Assembly (NCBI GenBank): GCA_002269645.1
Contig: NIVC01001454.1
Location: 58,842 to 122,841, forward strand
Direction of reading: 5' to 3'
From: Macrostomum lignano
Taxonomy: Eukaryota
Length of the DNA: 64,000 bases
In this document: positions 1 through 12,329 of the stretch, one piece after another
How the letters are laid out: every line of letters begins with the position of its first letter
How positions within the stretch are numbered: position 1 is the first letter of the stretch
Notes under the pieces: generated by a model
The model's input: only the letters and a program-made list of their open reading frames with translations
What the model was told of the DNA's origin: nothing
Database searches by the model: none
Translations under genes and position numbers: made by a program

Positions 1-99
1 GCTGGTGCGCCATTCAGCGCTGAAATTGGTTGGAAAGAATGCAAAAATTGTTAGTCGGAGTAGCTTCACCATAAACTCAGAACGAGTCGTGAGGTAATA

Positions 100-853
100 G
101 TCAAGGTGATCTCAGATGACTTGAGGTGTGTGAGTCAAGGTGATCTCAGATGACTTGAGGTGTGTGAGTCAAGGTGATCTCAGGTGACTTGAGGTGTGTG
201 AGTCAAGGTGATCTCAGGTGACTTGAGGTGTGTGAGTCAGGTGATCTCAGGTGACTTGAGGTGTGTGAGTCAAGGTGATCTCAGGTGACTTGAGGTGTGT
301 GAGTCAAGGTGATCTCAGATGACTTGAGGTGTGTGAGTCAAGGTGATCTCAGGTGACTTGAGGTGTGTGAGTCAAGGTGATCTCAGATGACTTGAGGTGT
401 GTGAGTCAAGGTGATCTCAGGTGACTTGAGGTGTGTGAGTCAAGGTGATCTCGAATGGCTTGAGGTGTGTGAGTCAAGGTGATCTCAGATGACTTGAGGT
501 GTGTGAGTCAAGGTGATCTCATGTGACTTGAGGTGTGTGAGTCAAGGTGATCTCAGATGACTTGAGGTGTGTGAGTCAAGGTGATCTCAGGTGACTTGAG
601 GTGTGTGAGTCAAGGTGATCTCAGATGACTTGAGGTGTGTGAGTCAAGGTGATCTCAGGTGACTTGAGGTGTGTGAGTCAAGGTGATCTCAGATGACTTG
701 AGGTGTGTGAGTCAAGGTGATCTCAGGTGACTTGAGATGTGTGAGTCAAGGTGATCTCAGGTGACTTGAGGTGTGTGAGTCAAGGTGATCTCAGGTGACT
801 TGAGGTGTGTGAGTCAAGGTGATCTCAGGTGACTTGAGGTGTGTGAGTCAAGG
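100..853. repeat. 34-bp minisatellite (GACTTGAGGTGTGTGAGTCAAGGTGATCTCAGRT), ~22 copies
   Basis: Unit recurs at 118, 152, ... with only A/G variation; each unit contains TGAGTCA. Confidence 0.95.
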
Positions 854-1514
854 GATATTCAAGTACCCAAGGTGAATGACTCAAAGGAGATCAAGTGGCA
901 GACAGTAAGAAATTCAACAACACAGCTTTAACACAGGCTTTATAAACAGATATTTACAGATATATCCAACGAAATCTGACTAATTTACAAGTCCGAACTA
1001 AGCGCACACATTGCCTGACAAGTCTGCTTAAATAAGAGTATATGCTTGTACTAGCATTCAGCGTTGGCTAAAAGTACAAAATAGACCTTTCGCGCAGTCC
1101 GAATCGCCTGTCTTTCATATGCAAACTCTGTGTAAAAAAACCTTTTCAAACCTGTTTCGGCCGCGCCCAAGGCACAAGCAGCACAATGTTGGCCTGCGCT
1201 TCTCTGTGTGTGCTCGGTGTGTAAGAGTTTAGCATGGAGAGATGAGATAAGCGCAAAGATAACTAATAATGGATGGCTATACTGGGTCGCTTAAGCAGAT
1301 TGATGGTCGTAGCAGCCCCCACTCTCTGCTTGCTCTGGCCGAAACACAGAGACAAAAGAACTCAAGAAAAACTGTCTTTTAAGGATTTAGCTGCTGCTGC
1401 TTTTTCTAGAAAATATTTTATTGTTCATTTTACTCTGCGCTGCGGCAAACGTGTGTTGATGGGGTTGACTCAGAATGGGGGGAGCTGTTTATACAAAACC
1501 ACTCATTCTCGTCA

Positions 1515-3035
1515 TGGGAGAGTCAGATAGTCCCAGGGGAGAGGAGAGAGGGTCAGACAGTCACAGGGAGAGGGTTAGACAGTCACAGGGGAGAGGGTTA
1601 GACAGTCACAGGAGAGAGGGTCAGACACTCACTGGGGAGAGAGCCATACAGTCACAGGGGAGAGAGTCAGAAACTCACTGGGGAGAGGGTCCGACAGTCA
1701 CAGGGGAGAGAGTTAGACAGTCACAGGGAGAGAGTTAGACAGTCACTGGGGAGAGAGTCAGACACTCACTGGGGAGAGAGTTAGCAGTCACAGGGAGAGA
1801 GTTAGACAGTCACAGGGAGAGAGTTAGACAGTCACAGGGAGAGAGTTAGCAGTCACAGGGAGAGAGTTAAACAGTCACAGGGGAGAGGGTTAGACAGTTG
1901 CAGGGAGAGAGTTAGACAGTCACAGGGAGAGAGTTAGACAGTCACAGGAGAGAGGGTCAGACACTCACTAGGGAGAGAGCCATACAGTCACAGGGGAGAG
2001 AGTCAGAAACTCACTGGGGAGAGGGTCCGACAGTCACAGGGGAGAGAGTTAGCAGTCACAGGGAGAGAGTTAGAAAGTCACAGGGAGAGGGTTAGACAGT
2101 CACAGGGAGAGAGTCAGACAGTCACAGGGAGAGAGTTAGACAGTCACAGGGGAGAGGGTTAGACAGTCACAGGGGAGAGGGTTAGACAGTCACAGGGAGA
2201 GGGTTAGACAGTCACAGGGAGAGAGTTAGACAGTCACTGGGGAGAGAGTCAGACACTCACTGGGGAGAGAGTCAGACACTCACTGGGGAGAGAGTTAGAC
2301 AGTCACAGGGAGAGAGTTAGACAGTCACAGGGAGAGAGTTAGACAGTCACAGGGAGAGAGTTAGACAGTCACAGGAGAGAGGGTCAGACAGTCACAGGGG
2401 AGAGGGTCAGACAGTCACAGGGGAGAGGGTTAGACAGTCACAGGGGAGAGGGTTAGACAGTCACAGGGGAGAGGGTCAGACAGTCACAGGGGAGAGGGTC
2501 AGACAGTCACAGGGGAGAGGGTCAGACAGTCACAGGGGGACAGGGTCAGACAGTCACAGGGGAGAGGGTCAGACAGTCACAGGGGACAGGGTCAGACAGT
2601 CACAGGGGAGAGGGTCAGACAGTCACAGGGGAGAGGGTCAGACAGTCACAGGGGGACAGGGTCAGACAGTCACAGGGGAGAGGGTCAGACAGTCACAGGG
2701 GAGAGGGTCAGACAGTCACAGGGGAGAGGGTCAGACAGTCACAGGGGAGAGGGTCAGACAGTCACAGGGGGACAGGGTCAGACAGTCACAGGGGGACAGG
2801 GTCAGACAGTCACAGGGGGACAGGGTCAGACAGTCACAGGGGAGAGGGTCAGACAGTCACAGGGGAGAGGGTCAGACAGTCACAGGGGGACAGGGTCAGA
2901 CAGTCACAGGGGAGAGGGTCAGACAGTCACAGGGGAGAGGGTCAAACAGTCACAGGGGAGAGGGTCAGACAGTCACAGGGGAGAGGGTCAGACAGTCACA
3001 GGGGAGAGGGTCAGACAGTCACAGGGGGACAGGGT
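1515..3035. repeat. 22-23-bp G-rich minisatellite (AGACAGTCACAGGGGAGAGGGTC)
   Basis: Directly visible tandem array with length variants of the G runs. Confidence 0.95.
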
Positions 3036-3357
3036 CTATCCGTTTAACTGTTTCTAGTGAGTGAAAGGTGAACTAAGTCCAGATATTGTGAACTGTCATG
3101 TGACCGGGTTCAAGACAAGGACACACAACTTCGGGGCAGAGTCAGATAAATAATTAAAAGGAGCAGCTTATAATTCAATTAATCAACGAATCAGTTAACA
3201 TCGAATCGTGAGCGGCTTTAAATTATTTATTTGCGAATCAATTATTTATTACTTTGGAAGTTCAGAGGGATGTGTGTGACCCATGTAGATTTCTGTGGAG
3301 TGGCTGAAGGCCCAAAACAAGAGTTGCCTGGTTTGGCTGACTTCGTCTCGGTAAAGG

Positions 3358-4986
3358 GTCAGAGAGTCAGAGAGCCAGAGACTCAGAGAGTCAGAGACTC
3401 AGAGAGTCAGAGACTCAGAGAGTCAGAGACTCAGAGAGTCAGAGACTCAGAGAGTCAGAGACTCAGAGAGTCAGAGACTCAGAGAGTCAGAGACTCAGAG
3501 AGTCAGAGACTCAGAGAGTCAGAGTCAGAGAGTCAGAGACTCAGAGACTCAGAGAGTTAGAGAGTCAGAGACTCAGAGAGTCAGAGAGTCAGAGACTCAG
3601 AGAGTCAGAGACTCAGAGAGTCAGAGTCAGAGAGTCACAGACTCAGAGACTCAGAGAGTTAGAGAGTCAGAGACTCAGAGAGTCAGAGACTCAGAGAGTC
3701 AGAGACTCAGAGACTCAGAGAGTTAGAGAGTCAGAGACTCAGAGAGTCAGAGAGTCAGAGACTCAGAGAGTCAGAGTCAGAGAGTCAGAGAGTCAGAGAC
3801 TCAGAGAGTCAGAAACTCAGAGAGTTAGAGAGTCAGAGACTCAGAGAGTCAGAGAGTCAGAGACTCAGAGAGTCAGAGTCAGAGAGTCAGAGAGTCAGAG
3901 ACTCAGAGAGTCAGAGACTCAGAGAGTTAGAGAGTCAGATACTCAGAGAGTCAGAGAGTCAGAGACTCAGAGAGTCAGAGTCAGAGACTCAGAGAGTCAG
4001 AGTCAGAGAGTCAGAGAGTCAGAGAGTCAGAGACTCAGAGAGTCAGAGAGTCAGAGACTCAGAGAGTCAGAGAGTCAGAGAGTCAGAGATTCAGAGAGCC
4101 AGAGACTCAGAGACTCAGAGAGTCAGAGACTCAGAGACTCAGAGAGTTAGAGACTCAGAGACTCAGAGAGTCAGAGAGTCAGAGACTCAGAGAGTCAGAG
4201 AGTCAGAGAGTCAGAGAGTCAGAGAGTCAGAGACTCAGAGAGTCAGAGACTCAGAGACTCATAGACTCAGAGACTCAGAGAGTCAGAGACTCAGAGACTC
4301 AGAGATTCAGAGAGCCAGAGACTCAGAGACTCAGAGAGTCAGAGACTCAGAGACTCAGAGAGTCAGAGAGTCAGAGACTCAGAGAGTCAGAGACTCAGAG
4401 AGTCAGAGAGTCAGAGACTCAGAGACTCAGAGAGTCAGAGAGCCAGATACTCAGAGAGTCAGAGAGTCAGAAACTCAGAGACTCAGAGAGTCAGAGACTC
4501 AGAGACTCAGAGACTCAGAGACTCAGAGAGTCAGAGACTCAGAGACTCAGAGATTCAGAGAGCCAGAGACTCAGAGACTCAGAGAGTCAGAGACTCAGAG
4601 AGTCAGAGACTCAGAGAGTCAGAGACTCAGAGAGTCAGAGACTCAGAGAGTCAGAGACTCAGAGAGTCAGAGACTCAGAGAGTCAGAGACTCAGAGAGTC
4701 AGAGACTCAGAGAGTCAGAGACTCAGAGAGTCAGAGACTCAGAGAGTCAGAGACTCAGAGAGTCAGAGACTCAGAGAGTCAGAGACTCAGAGAGTCAGAG
4801 ACTCAGAGAGTCAGAGACTCAGAGAGTCAGAGACTCAGAGAGTCAGAGACTCAGAGAGTCAGAGACTCAGAGAGTCAGAGACTCAGAGAGTCAGAGACTC
4901 AGAGAGTCAGAGACTCAGAGAGTCAGAGACTCAGAGAGTCAGAGACTCAGAGAGTCAGAGACTCAGAGAGTCAGAAACTCAGAGAG
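3358..4986. repeat. 8/16-bp satellite (TCAGAGAG/TCAGAGAC)
   Basis: Alternating AGAGACTC/AGAGAGTC units; near-perfect from ~4,580 to 4,975. Confidence 0.95.
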
Positions 4987-5589
4987 GGTCGTGAGCTGTC
5001 TCGATGCGCACATGAGCTGAGCTTCATTGATTAGTAAAACTCACCTGCAGTATTGTACTCGTCCAAGCCAACGGAACTCAAGGCAAAGCTGAGAAAAGCA
5101 GTCTAAATTATATAATCGATCCGTAAAAGCTGTTCAAAATTAAACACCAAAGACGAAGATATTATTTCAATTAACTGGCTACTGTTGTGTCTTAAAACAG
5201 GAGTATTCAAACTGCAGCTCAGTCTGTACGTACCTCTTTAAGTCTCAAGCTCTGACAGCACAGTACAGTGCAATGCACACCTGCAGTTGTTGCATATTTA
5301 GCTCATGCTTATATAAAATCGCGAGAGCCAAACTTCTAGCTATCTAAATAGCCAGTCACCAACCTCCCTTCCTCAACCAGTAGGAAAAGACAGGCCTTAA
5401 GAGAGAGATTGAGAGACCTGGCGAAAGACGATTGTAGAGAAAAATGGTTAGACCATTTCGGTTTATATTAAGCTCGTTTCATACAGAGTTCTAAAAGAAT
5501 GAGTCACGTTGCAACTGCTTTAAAATCGATTTTCCTTAAATATATACACATAAAAGTCCAAGAATCATTGTATTTTCTAGGCATGACGG

Positions 5590-5875
5590 CACACGCAGAC
5601 CACTCAGTGACACCTGGTGGAGGCACATGCAGACCACTCAGTGACACCTGGTGGAGGCACATGCAGACCACTCAGTGACACCTGGTGGAGGCACATGCAG
5701 ACCACTCAGTGACACCTGGTGGAGGCACACGCAGAACACTCAGTGACACCTGGTGGAGGCACATGCAGACCACTCAGTGACATCTGGTGGAGGCACACGC
5801 AGAACACTCAGTGACACCTGGTGGAGGCACACGCAGAACACTCAGTGACACCTGGTGGAGGCACACGCAGAACAC
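5590..5875. repeat. 34-bp minisatellite (GCAGACCACTCAGTGACACCTGGTGGAGGCACAT), ~8 copies
   Basis: GCAGAC recurs at 5,595, 5,629, ... Confidence 0.95.
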
Positions 5876-6290
5876 AGTGGCATCCACAGCACAGCGCCTC
5901 AGACAGGACGCCTAAATTCTCCGAGTGCGATCCCTCACTGCACTTTCATGCTGACTCTTCATCGCACCTTAAAGCATGGCTCACATTTGAGAAGCAATAC
6001 AAGAACAATCTGTGTGAGAATTAAATATAATTTATTGATTTGGTTTGCAATATATTTTGAGAGCTGCAGGCTCTAGTGGCCGCTCATTCAAAGACGTTTC
6101 TGCTTGAACTGACAGCATACACACACAGACACACAGACACACATTGACACACAGGCGGTGGCGTTGCGCCTGGATGGCCCAAGCCTCCTGGCGATTTTAA
6201 TGGAATGGTATTGTAATTTTTACTATAGGTAGTCAATCTAAAATACTTTTCAAAGAGTTACACAAGATAAATCTGAAAGGTCAGCTTCTT

Positions 6291-6635
6291 CTAGTCAGTC
6301 TCCATGGCAACGCAAACGCTTCCGTTGCAAGCGGACGTCACAGCGACAGTCGCAGACTTGTAAGCGTTGCGCCAAATTTCTATGAAACAGCAGGCAGAAT
6401 GAAATCGAAAGAAGATTAGCAGAGGCGAGCATGAGTAGGCGACTATGTTGGTTGCTATGGGCGAATAGGCCTGATTGTAGCTGGGCAGTGCGGCGATCTC
6501 GCGAGTCTCCAGCGTGTACACAATCCACAGGGCGGCGTTGCCTAGCAACAGAGCTGCGATGGAGTCGCGACCGGGTTTTAATTTCATCGCTTTCGATGTT
6601 AGACAGCGCCTGTGCTCGAGTTCGAATATTAGAAA
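6291..6635 (-). pseudogene. OTOP: Otopetrin C-terminal segment (last two TM helices), stranded beyond the Gypsy 5' LTR
   Basis: Reads TFLIFELEHRRCLTSKAMKLKPGRD...FRFHSACCFIEIWRNAYK...* and begins exactly at the LTR TG edge (6636). Confidence 0.9.
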
Positions 6636-6798
6636 TGTAAGATGATTTGTTTAGTTGATTGCATGTACGCAAGTTTACTAGCCCGTATGTACATTTGCTC
6701 GCTGTACAATCATAATATATAAGTGAGTGCTTGGCGCCCTGGGCAGCCAAGAGTCGGTCTACGCCTTAAGCCTATTTTCGTCTTGGCTTGTTCTTACA
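6636..6798 (+). mobile_element. 5' LTR (163 bp)
   Basis: Starts TGTAAGA and ends TCTTACA (7-bp terminal inverted repeat, TG...CA); contains TATATAA at ~6716; followed after 1 nt by the PBS. Confidence 0.85.
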
Positions 6799-6799
6799 T

Positions 6800-6811
6800 T
6801 GGTGGCAGCGG
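6800..6811 (+). promoter_or_regulatory. Primer-binding site, complementary to the tRNA-Leu 3' end
   Basis: TGGTGGCAGCGG is the complement of ...CCGCTGCCACCA, the 3' end of eukaryotic tRNA-Leu(AAG/UAG) as I recall it. Confidence 0.8.
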
Positions 6812-6816
6812 CGGCT

Positions 6817-7722
6817 ATGACTGAAAATGAAGGCAGTGCAGAGAGCCCTGCAGTGGCGGTGACTCAGCCCCAAGCTAGTTTTGTCAACATGTTTTTGCGG
6901 CCGCCTCAATAGCAGCATGGACAAGACTTTGAACTTTGGCTGGCGCGATTCAACAATTTCGCATCATCTCTTCCTGTGGATCAGCGCAAGAATGCTCTGC
7001 TGTCATTCTTCGACGACAAATCATATCAAGCGGCCAGCAATTTGGATGCTGCCCTGTCCTACGACGACTTTGAGAAGGCTCTGAAAAATCGATTTCGGCC
7101 ATCAACATCCTCTGCTGAGCTGCAGGCGCAGTTCTTCAATCTGACTCAAAAGGACGGTCAGTCGGTTGCAGACTATTCCGATGCCCTGATCGTTGCGGCA
7201 AAGCGTGCGTTCCCGAGTCTGATGGAGACGAAAGCAGGTGCCGAGCAGGAGAAGTCGGTGACAGCGAAGGACGAGCTGCTCAAAGGTCGGTTTCTATCCG
7301 GATTGAGGGACCCAGCTGTGCGAATGCAGACACAGATGCAGCCAAAGGCGACATTCGCTGATACAGTGGAAACAGCGCGATTCGTGGAATCGATCCAGTC
7401 GCAAGGAGGCACCGCTACGGCTCTAGCTGCTGAGGTTCCCGAAGCCTTTGCAGTCGGAATTCAACGGTCCCTGAAGGAGCTGTCCAACAAGCTCAGCCGC
7501 TGGGAGTCAAAGGACCAGGATCATCGTCAGAGCGGCGACAGACGCAGAGTCGTGACATGCTGGAAGTGCGGTAAGCCGGGCCATGTTCAAAGATTTTGCA
7601 CTCAGAAGTCGGGAAACTTCGATGGAGCGGCGACCGCCGGGGTGCCGTTCCGCAAGCGAGAATCCCGGCGCAACCAGTCGTGGAGGTGTCCTGCTCAGCC
7701 ACTGGTGCCAACATGCTGGTAA
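6817..7722 (+). pseudogene. gag: Gypsy gag with one in-frame TAG (6910-6912)
   Basis: ATG 6 nt after the PBS; MTENEG...RPPQ*QHGQDFELWLARF continues in frame into ORF 6976-7722; zinc knuckle CWKCGKPGHVQRFC (CX2CX4HX4C). Confidence 0.9.
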
Positions 7723-10700
7723 ACTGTCGCATCCTGCCAATGTGTGTCCCTGCCAGCTGTCTAGTTGACACTGGGTGTTCCCAGTCTCTGATGTCAAGCT
7801 CCCTATTTCGCAAGCTGAATGAGAGGCTCCTGCCTTTGACGACTCCGGTGCAGTTAAAGCTGGCAGACGGTAACTATTTGGCTGCCTGTGGTTGGCAGGA
7901 AGTGAAGCTAAGTTTCGGTGTGGCAACGGTTCGACAAAGAGTTTTAGTTGTGGACAATCTGGCCAAGGATTTTTTGCTGGGTGCAGATTTCCTGGCAAAC
8001 TGCGGCTGCGTCATCGACTGCAATCGCCAAACGCTCACTGTGTGCGGTCAGCAAGTAAAAATGGAGTCATCGGCAGCCAGTAGCTGTGTATTCGCCGTTG
8101 AGGTAGCAGACAGGACAACCGTGCCCGCTGGTCACGAAATCGTTTTCCCAGCGAGATTGGCAAGTGGGTCAGCTGCAGCTGTTGATGGTGAGTGCGGCAT
8201 CTTTGAGCCTGACAATTCGAAGGACATCTCCACGGTCATGTGTGGAGCGCGCAGCCTCTCGGTGTTGCGAGGAGGACTCATCGCCGTTCACTATGTCAAT
8301 ACGGACACCAAGCCGCATACATTTTACCCCGGAACAAGACTGGGGACTTTTGAGCCGATTTCTGATGGTGCCGATGCAGAGTTGTCAATGCAAGTTGAGA
8401 CAATGAAAGGTCAAATCGCTGAGAATTCACCGAATGTGTACATTGATGAAAAAAATCTGACAGCCAATCAAGTTCAGTGTATCAAAGATCTTCTGCATCA
8501 GTACCAGGATGTGTTCTCGAAAAGTCCAAACGACCTGGGCTGCACTTCACTCCTTGACCACAAAATTGACACCGGGTCGGCGAAACCCATCAGAGTGCCT
8601 CCTCGTCGATTGTCGCCGCCGAACCAGCGAGCTGTGTCAGAGATGGTCGAGCAGATGGTGCGAGACGACATCGTAGAACCTTCGAATTTTCCGTGGTCGA
8701 GCCCTGTTATTCTGGTGAAGAAGAAGGACGGCAGTTTGCGCTTCGTGAACGACTTCAGACTGCTCAACTCCGTGACCGTCAAAGACAGTCATCCACTGCC
8801 TCACACCAGCGATCTGATCGATGCTCTCGCAGGATCCACAATGTTCTCAACGCTCGACTTCACTAGCGGGTACACCCAGGTGATGCTGGACTCAGAGAGT
8901 CGCACAAAAACAGCATTTCCTCGCCACAGGGATTATTCCAGTACAAGAGACTACCGCAAGGTGTGTGCAATGGTCCTGCCACGTTTTCAAGGCTGATGGA
9001 ACTCGTTCTGAAGGGCCTCCGATGGGAAGTGTGCCTGTCATTTTTTGACGACGTTGTCATCTTTTCGACAGGATTCGAGGAGCATCTGCGGCGTCTTGAG
9101 CTTGTGTTGCAGAAATTCAGAACCGCTAACCTGAAGATGAAGCCAACCAAGTGCCACCTGTGCTATCAGGAAATCTCATTTCTAGGCTTTCGAGTCTCAA
9201 AAGATTGCGTGACCACTGACCCGGACAAGGTGAAAGCAGTGCAGGAGTGGCCAACGCCCGAAGATCGTTCAGAAGTGCGACAATTCCTGGGATTGTGTGG
9301 CTACTATCGTCGTTTTGTTAAAAAAACTACAGTGAGATTGCTGAACCGCTGTACAAGCTAACGCAAAAGGACGTGACCTTCCGCTGGACTCTCGAATGCT
9401 CAGCAGCATTTAATCGCCTAAAGCAGTGCCTTACTTCCAGCCCAGTCCTCATCAAGCCGACATTCGCAGAAGACGCTGAGTTTGTGCTGGATACCGATGC
9501 CTCTGGCGTGGCCATCTCCGGAGTTCTTCAAGAGCGCCGTGGTGGCAGGACGCAGGTGGTGGCGTACGGCAGTCGCATTTTGTCCAAAGCAGAGAGAAAC
9601 TACTGCACAACGAGGCGTGAGCTGCTGGCAATTGTGCACTTCGTCGGTCACAATCGCAGCTACTTGTTCGGAAAGAGATTTACACTGCGTACTGATCACG
9701 CCTCGCTGATCCATCTTCTGCGCTTTCGAGATCCCGATGGTCAGCTGGCACGGTGGCTGGATAAGCTAAGCGAATTCGACTACCAGACGGAGTACCGCAA
9801 GGGCGAGAAACATGGAAATGCAGACGCACTTAGTTGGCGACCGTGTCGAAAAGGACCTTGCCTGTGCAGTGGCTCGGCGCTCGCTGTCGAGTTCAATGAC
9901 GACAACGCGATTCGACGAGCACAGGCAGAGGATCGGTGCATGCAGCAGCTGCCGAACTGCTTGCGAAATGGTCAACCACCGGACAAGGCAGAGACGGACG
10001 GCTGGAGCAATCGGCAGCGGCAACTGCTGTCCGAGTTTAAGCGGCTGACACTGGTGAACGGACTGCTGTGCCGCCGATGGGAATCCGAAGATGGCAGCGC
10101 CTTTTGTCAGCAGTTGCTGGTGCCAGAGAGTCTACAGCGCTATGTTTTTGTCGAAGCTCATGCTGGAACGAGCGGCAGCCACTGCGGACCGCAGAAGACC
10201 ATTGACAGCAGATGTGACTGACTGATGTGCTGCATGCCTCGAATGCGCGACACTGAAGGATTCTGGCCAGCACAGACGGGCACCTCTACAGAGCATGGCG
10301 GTCGGCAGCGTTGGCAAGCGACTGGAAATGGACTTCATGGTGGGCCTGCCGAGGACCGAACGTGGAAATTCAGTCATCCTGGTAGTCATCGACACTTCAG
10401 CAAGTGGACTGAGGCCTTTCCACTGCCGTCTCAAGACGCTGAGACCACAGCCCGGACGTTTTTCAACGAGTGGGTGGCTCGCTTTGGAGTCCCGCAGTCG
10501 GTGCACACCGACCAGAGTCGGAACTGGGAGCCGCAGCTGTTTCAAGAGACGATGCAGCTGCTGAAAATTGACAAGACTCGGACGACAGGCTACCACCCTG
10601 AAGGAGATGGCGGTTGCGAACGGATGAACCGGACACTGGTGCAGCTGCTGCGAGCATGGGGGAACGACAATCAGCGAGACTGGGATCTTCATCTGCAGAT

Positions 10701-11367
10701 TGCACTGATGGGCTACCGCACTTCAGTCCACAAGTCGACTAGTCAGACACCTTCGGCGATGCATTTCGGCCGGGAACTGCGACTACCACTGGACTTGGCG
10801 TACGGAGGTCTGGCGCCGGATAGGCAACGTCCTTGTGAATGGGTGGCCGAGCTGCGGAGCTGGCTGCAGACATCGCACGAGAGGGCGCGACAAAACTTGG
10901 AGGCAGCGCAACTGCACCAGAAGGCGTACGACAGGAGGTGCCACGGCGAGGCATTCAGCGAGGACGATCTGGTCTGGCTGCACAATCCGGCGCTGAAGCG
11001 AGGCGAGAGCCGAAAATTTCATCGATGGTGGACTGGGCCATGGCGCGTTAAAAAGCAGATCTCGGACGTCACCTACCGCATTCAGCACGAGGTCAATGCA
11101 CGACGGCGAAGGGTGGTGCATTTCAATCGCCTGAAGCCATGCAACACGGCCAGTCCAGCTGCAGCACCTCAATTGCAACCAGCGGCGCAACTGCACAATC
11201 CTGACGAGGACGACCTGAGATTTGACGGCGTCCCAGCCGGCGCCCCAGCCGGCGCCCCGGTCGGCGCCCCTGCTGATGTTCAAGCGCATCCAGAACAGCC
11301 TGTATTGCTTCGTAGTGAGAGGGCCCGTGCCCCGCCAGAATTTTTTGGTGAAGTGTATACTCATTGA
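7596..11367 (+). pseudogene. pol: Gypsy pol (PR-RT-RNaseH-IN), broken by frameshifts, a deletion and a stop
   Basis: Protease LVDTGC; RT WSSPVILVKKKDGSLRFVNDFRLLN and FFDDVV; RNaseH LDTDAS...ELLAIV...TDH; integrase HAGTSGSH / CAACLEC, D(MDF)-D(HTDQ)-E(GGCERMN) and GPW. Frameshifts near 8918, 9320-9326 and 10392; deletion plus TGA near 10205-10221. Confidence 0.93.
7611..7651 (+). promoter_or_regulatory. -1 ribosomal frameshift signal (slippery heptamer plus stem-loop)
   Basis: G_GGA_AAC at 7611-7617 in the gag frame; 6-nt spacer; stem GGAGCGGC (7624-7631) / GCCGTTCC (7644-7651) with one G-U pair; pol is in the -1 frame. Confidence 0.8.
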
Positions 11368-11547
11368 ATGCAGATTTTCTCAGATTTTTTTGAAACATTG
11401 AAATTGCTTAAGTTAATTTTGATTTCCAATTTTATTTCACTCAAATATTTATTCGTTCAAATATTCGATCAGAATTCGTCGAACTCATACTCGAAACCTT
11501 TTCAAACATTAACTAAAAATGTAGAAAGTGAGTGGAAAACTTTTTTT

Positions 11548-11559
11548 AAAGAAGGAGAG
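11548..11559 (+). promoter_or_regulatory. Polypurine tract of the Gypsy element
   Basis: AAAGAAGGAGAG preceded by a T run, ~180 bp after the pol stop; host otopetrin sequence follows directly. Confidence 0.65.
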
Positions 11560-12182
11560 CCCGTGCACCTGCTGGGTCATCTGGCGCATCCTGACGAAGG
11601 CAATGATGCACAGAATTAAACATGCCGATAGCAGGATCAAATCCGTGATCTGATAGATCAGCTGAATTATGTCGGGTTTGCTAGACATGTCATTAACATA
11701 GATGGTAAAGTAGATCCCGGATGCAAGGCCAAAGGCGAGCAGAACTCGCAGTCCAGCAGTCCAGCTTTGACGGCTCAATTGTCCGTTGAATCTTGGACAG
11801 CCGGCGCCCGCTAGTGAGGAAGTGGGCCAGGCGACCAATGTTTCGGCGCATTGCATAGGCGCTGGTGGCAGCCATCAGAGCGTACTCGATCGTAAACGGC
11901 AGCAGGTACGGCGCCATCCTCCAGAAGGCGTCCTTGGAGCAGATGCTGGTCACCGAGCTGGTGACATTGGCTGTCCCCGACGCCGAGTAAGTGAGAGTCG
12001 ACACTGACGAACCGCGCTGACCAGAGTCAGCTCGGTGGCGCCGCTCGAAGCCAGCAACTTCTGGGCGGCTTTGGCGGCACTGTGACTGGTTTCCATGAGG
12101 GTTGCCTGGAACCAGTCGCACAGATTCGCGGCCAGGAGGTGGGCGAAACCCATTGAGCAACTCTGCGGCATGTTAGAGGGAT

Positions 12183-12211
12183 CTGTCTGTCTGTCTGTCT
12201 GTCTGTCTTAG

Positions 12212-12290
<79 letters not shown>

Positions 12291-12291
12291 A

Positions 12292-12328
<37 letters not shown>

Positions 12329-12329
12329 C
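12183..12329. repeat. (CTGT)n microsatellite filling an otopetrin intron (12335-12183)
   Basis: Minus-strand donor GCT|GTGAGT at 12335 and acceptor CAG|ATC at 12183/12182, phase 0. Confidence 0.9.

Larger units (their letters stand above)
6636..11559 (+). mobile_element. Ty3/Gypsy LTR retrotransposon, degenerate, 3' LTR missing
   Basis: 5' LTR, PBS, gag with CCHC knuckle, pol in the order protease-RT-RNaseH-integrase (Ty3/Gypsy order), then a polypurine tract. No second LTR copy follows. Confidence 0.95.

Noticed and set aside
2-93. Open frame LVRHSALKLVGKNAKIVSRSSFTINSERVV ending at a possible donor AG|GTAATAG just before the 34-bp array
   Set aside because: It may be an exon of a gene entering from the left, but it is only 30 codons, has no recognisable motif and I could not find a downstream partner exon.
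100-853. Regular 34-bp repeats superficially like CRISPR direct repeats (also 5,590-5,875 and 48,405-49,275)
   Set aside because: Units are head-to-tail with no unique spacers, there are no cas genes and the context is eukaryotic.
6732-6748. TGGCGCCC as a tRNA-Lys PBS
   Set aside because: It lies inside the LTR and is not preceded by CA; the TCTTACA-T-TGGTGGCAGCGG arrangement at 6,792-6,811 fits much better.
7173-11364. Numerous antisense and alternate-frame ORFs over gag-pol, TRPV, SLC4 and CUL3
   Set aside because: Shadow ORFs of GC-rich coding sequence with no independent motifs.
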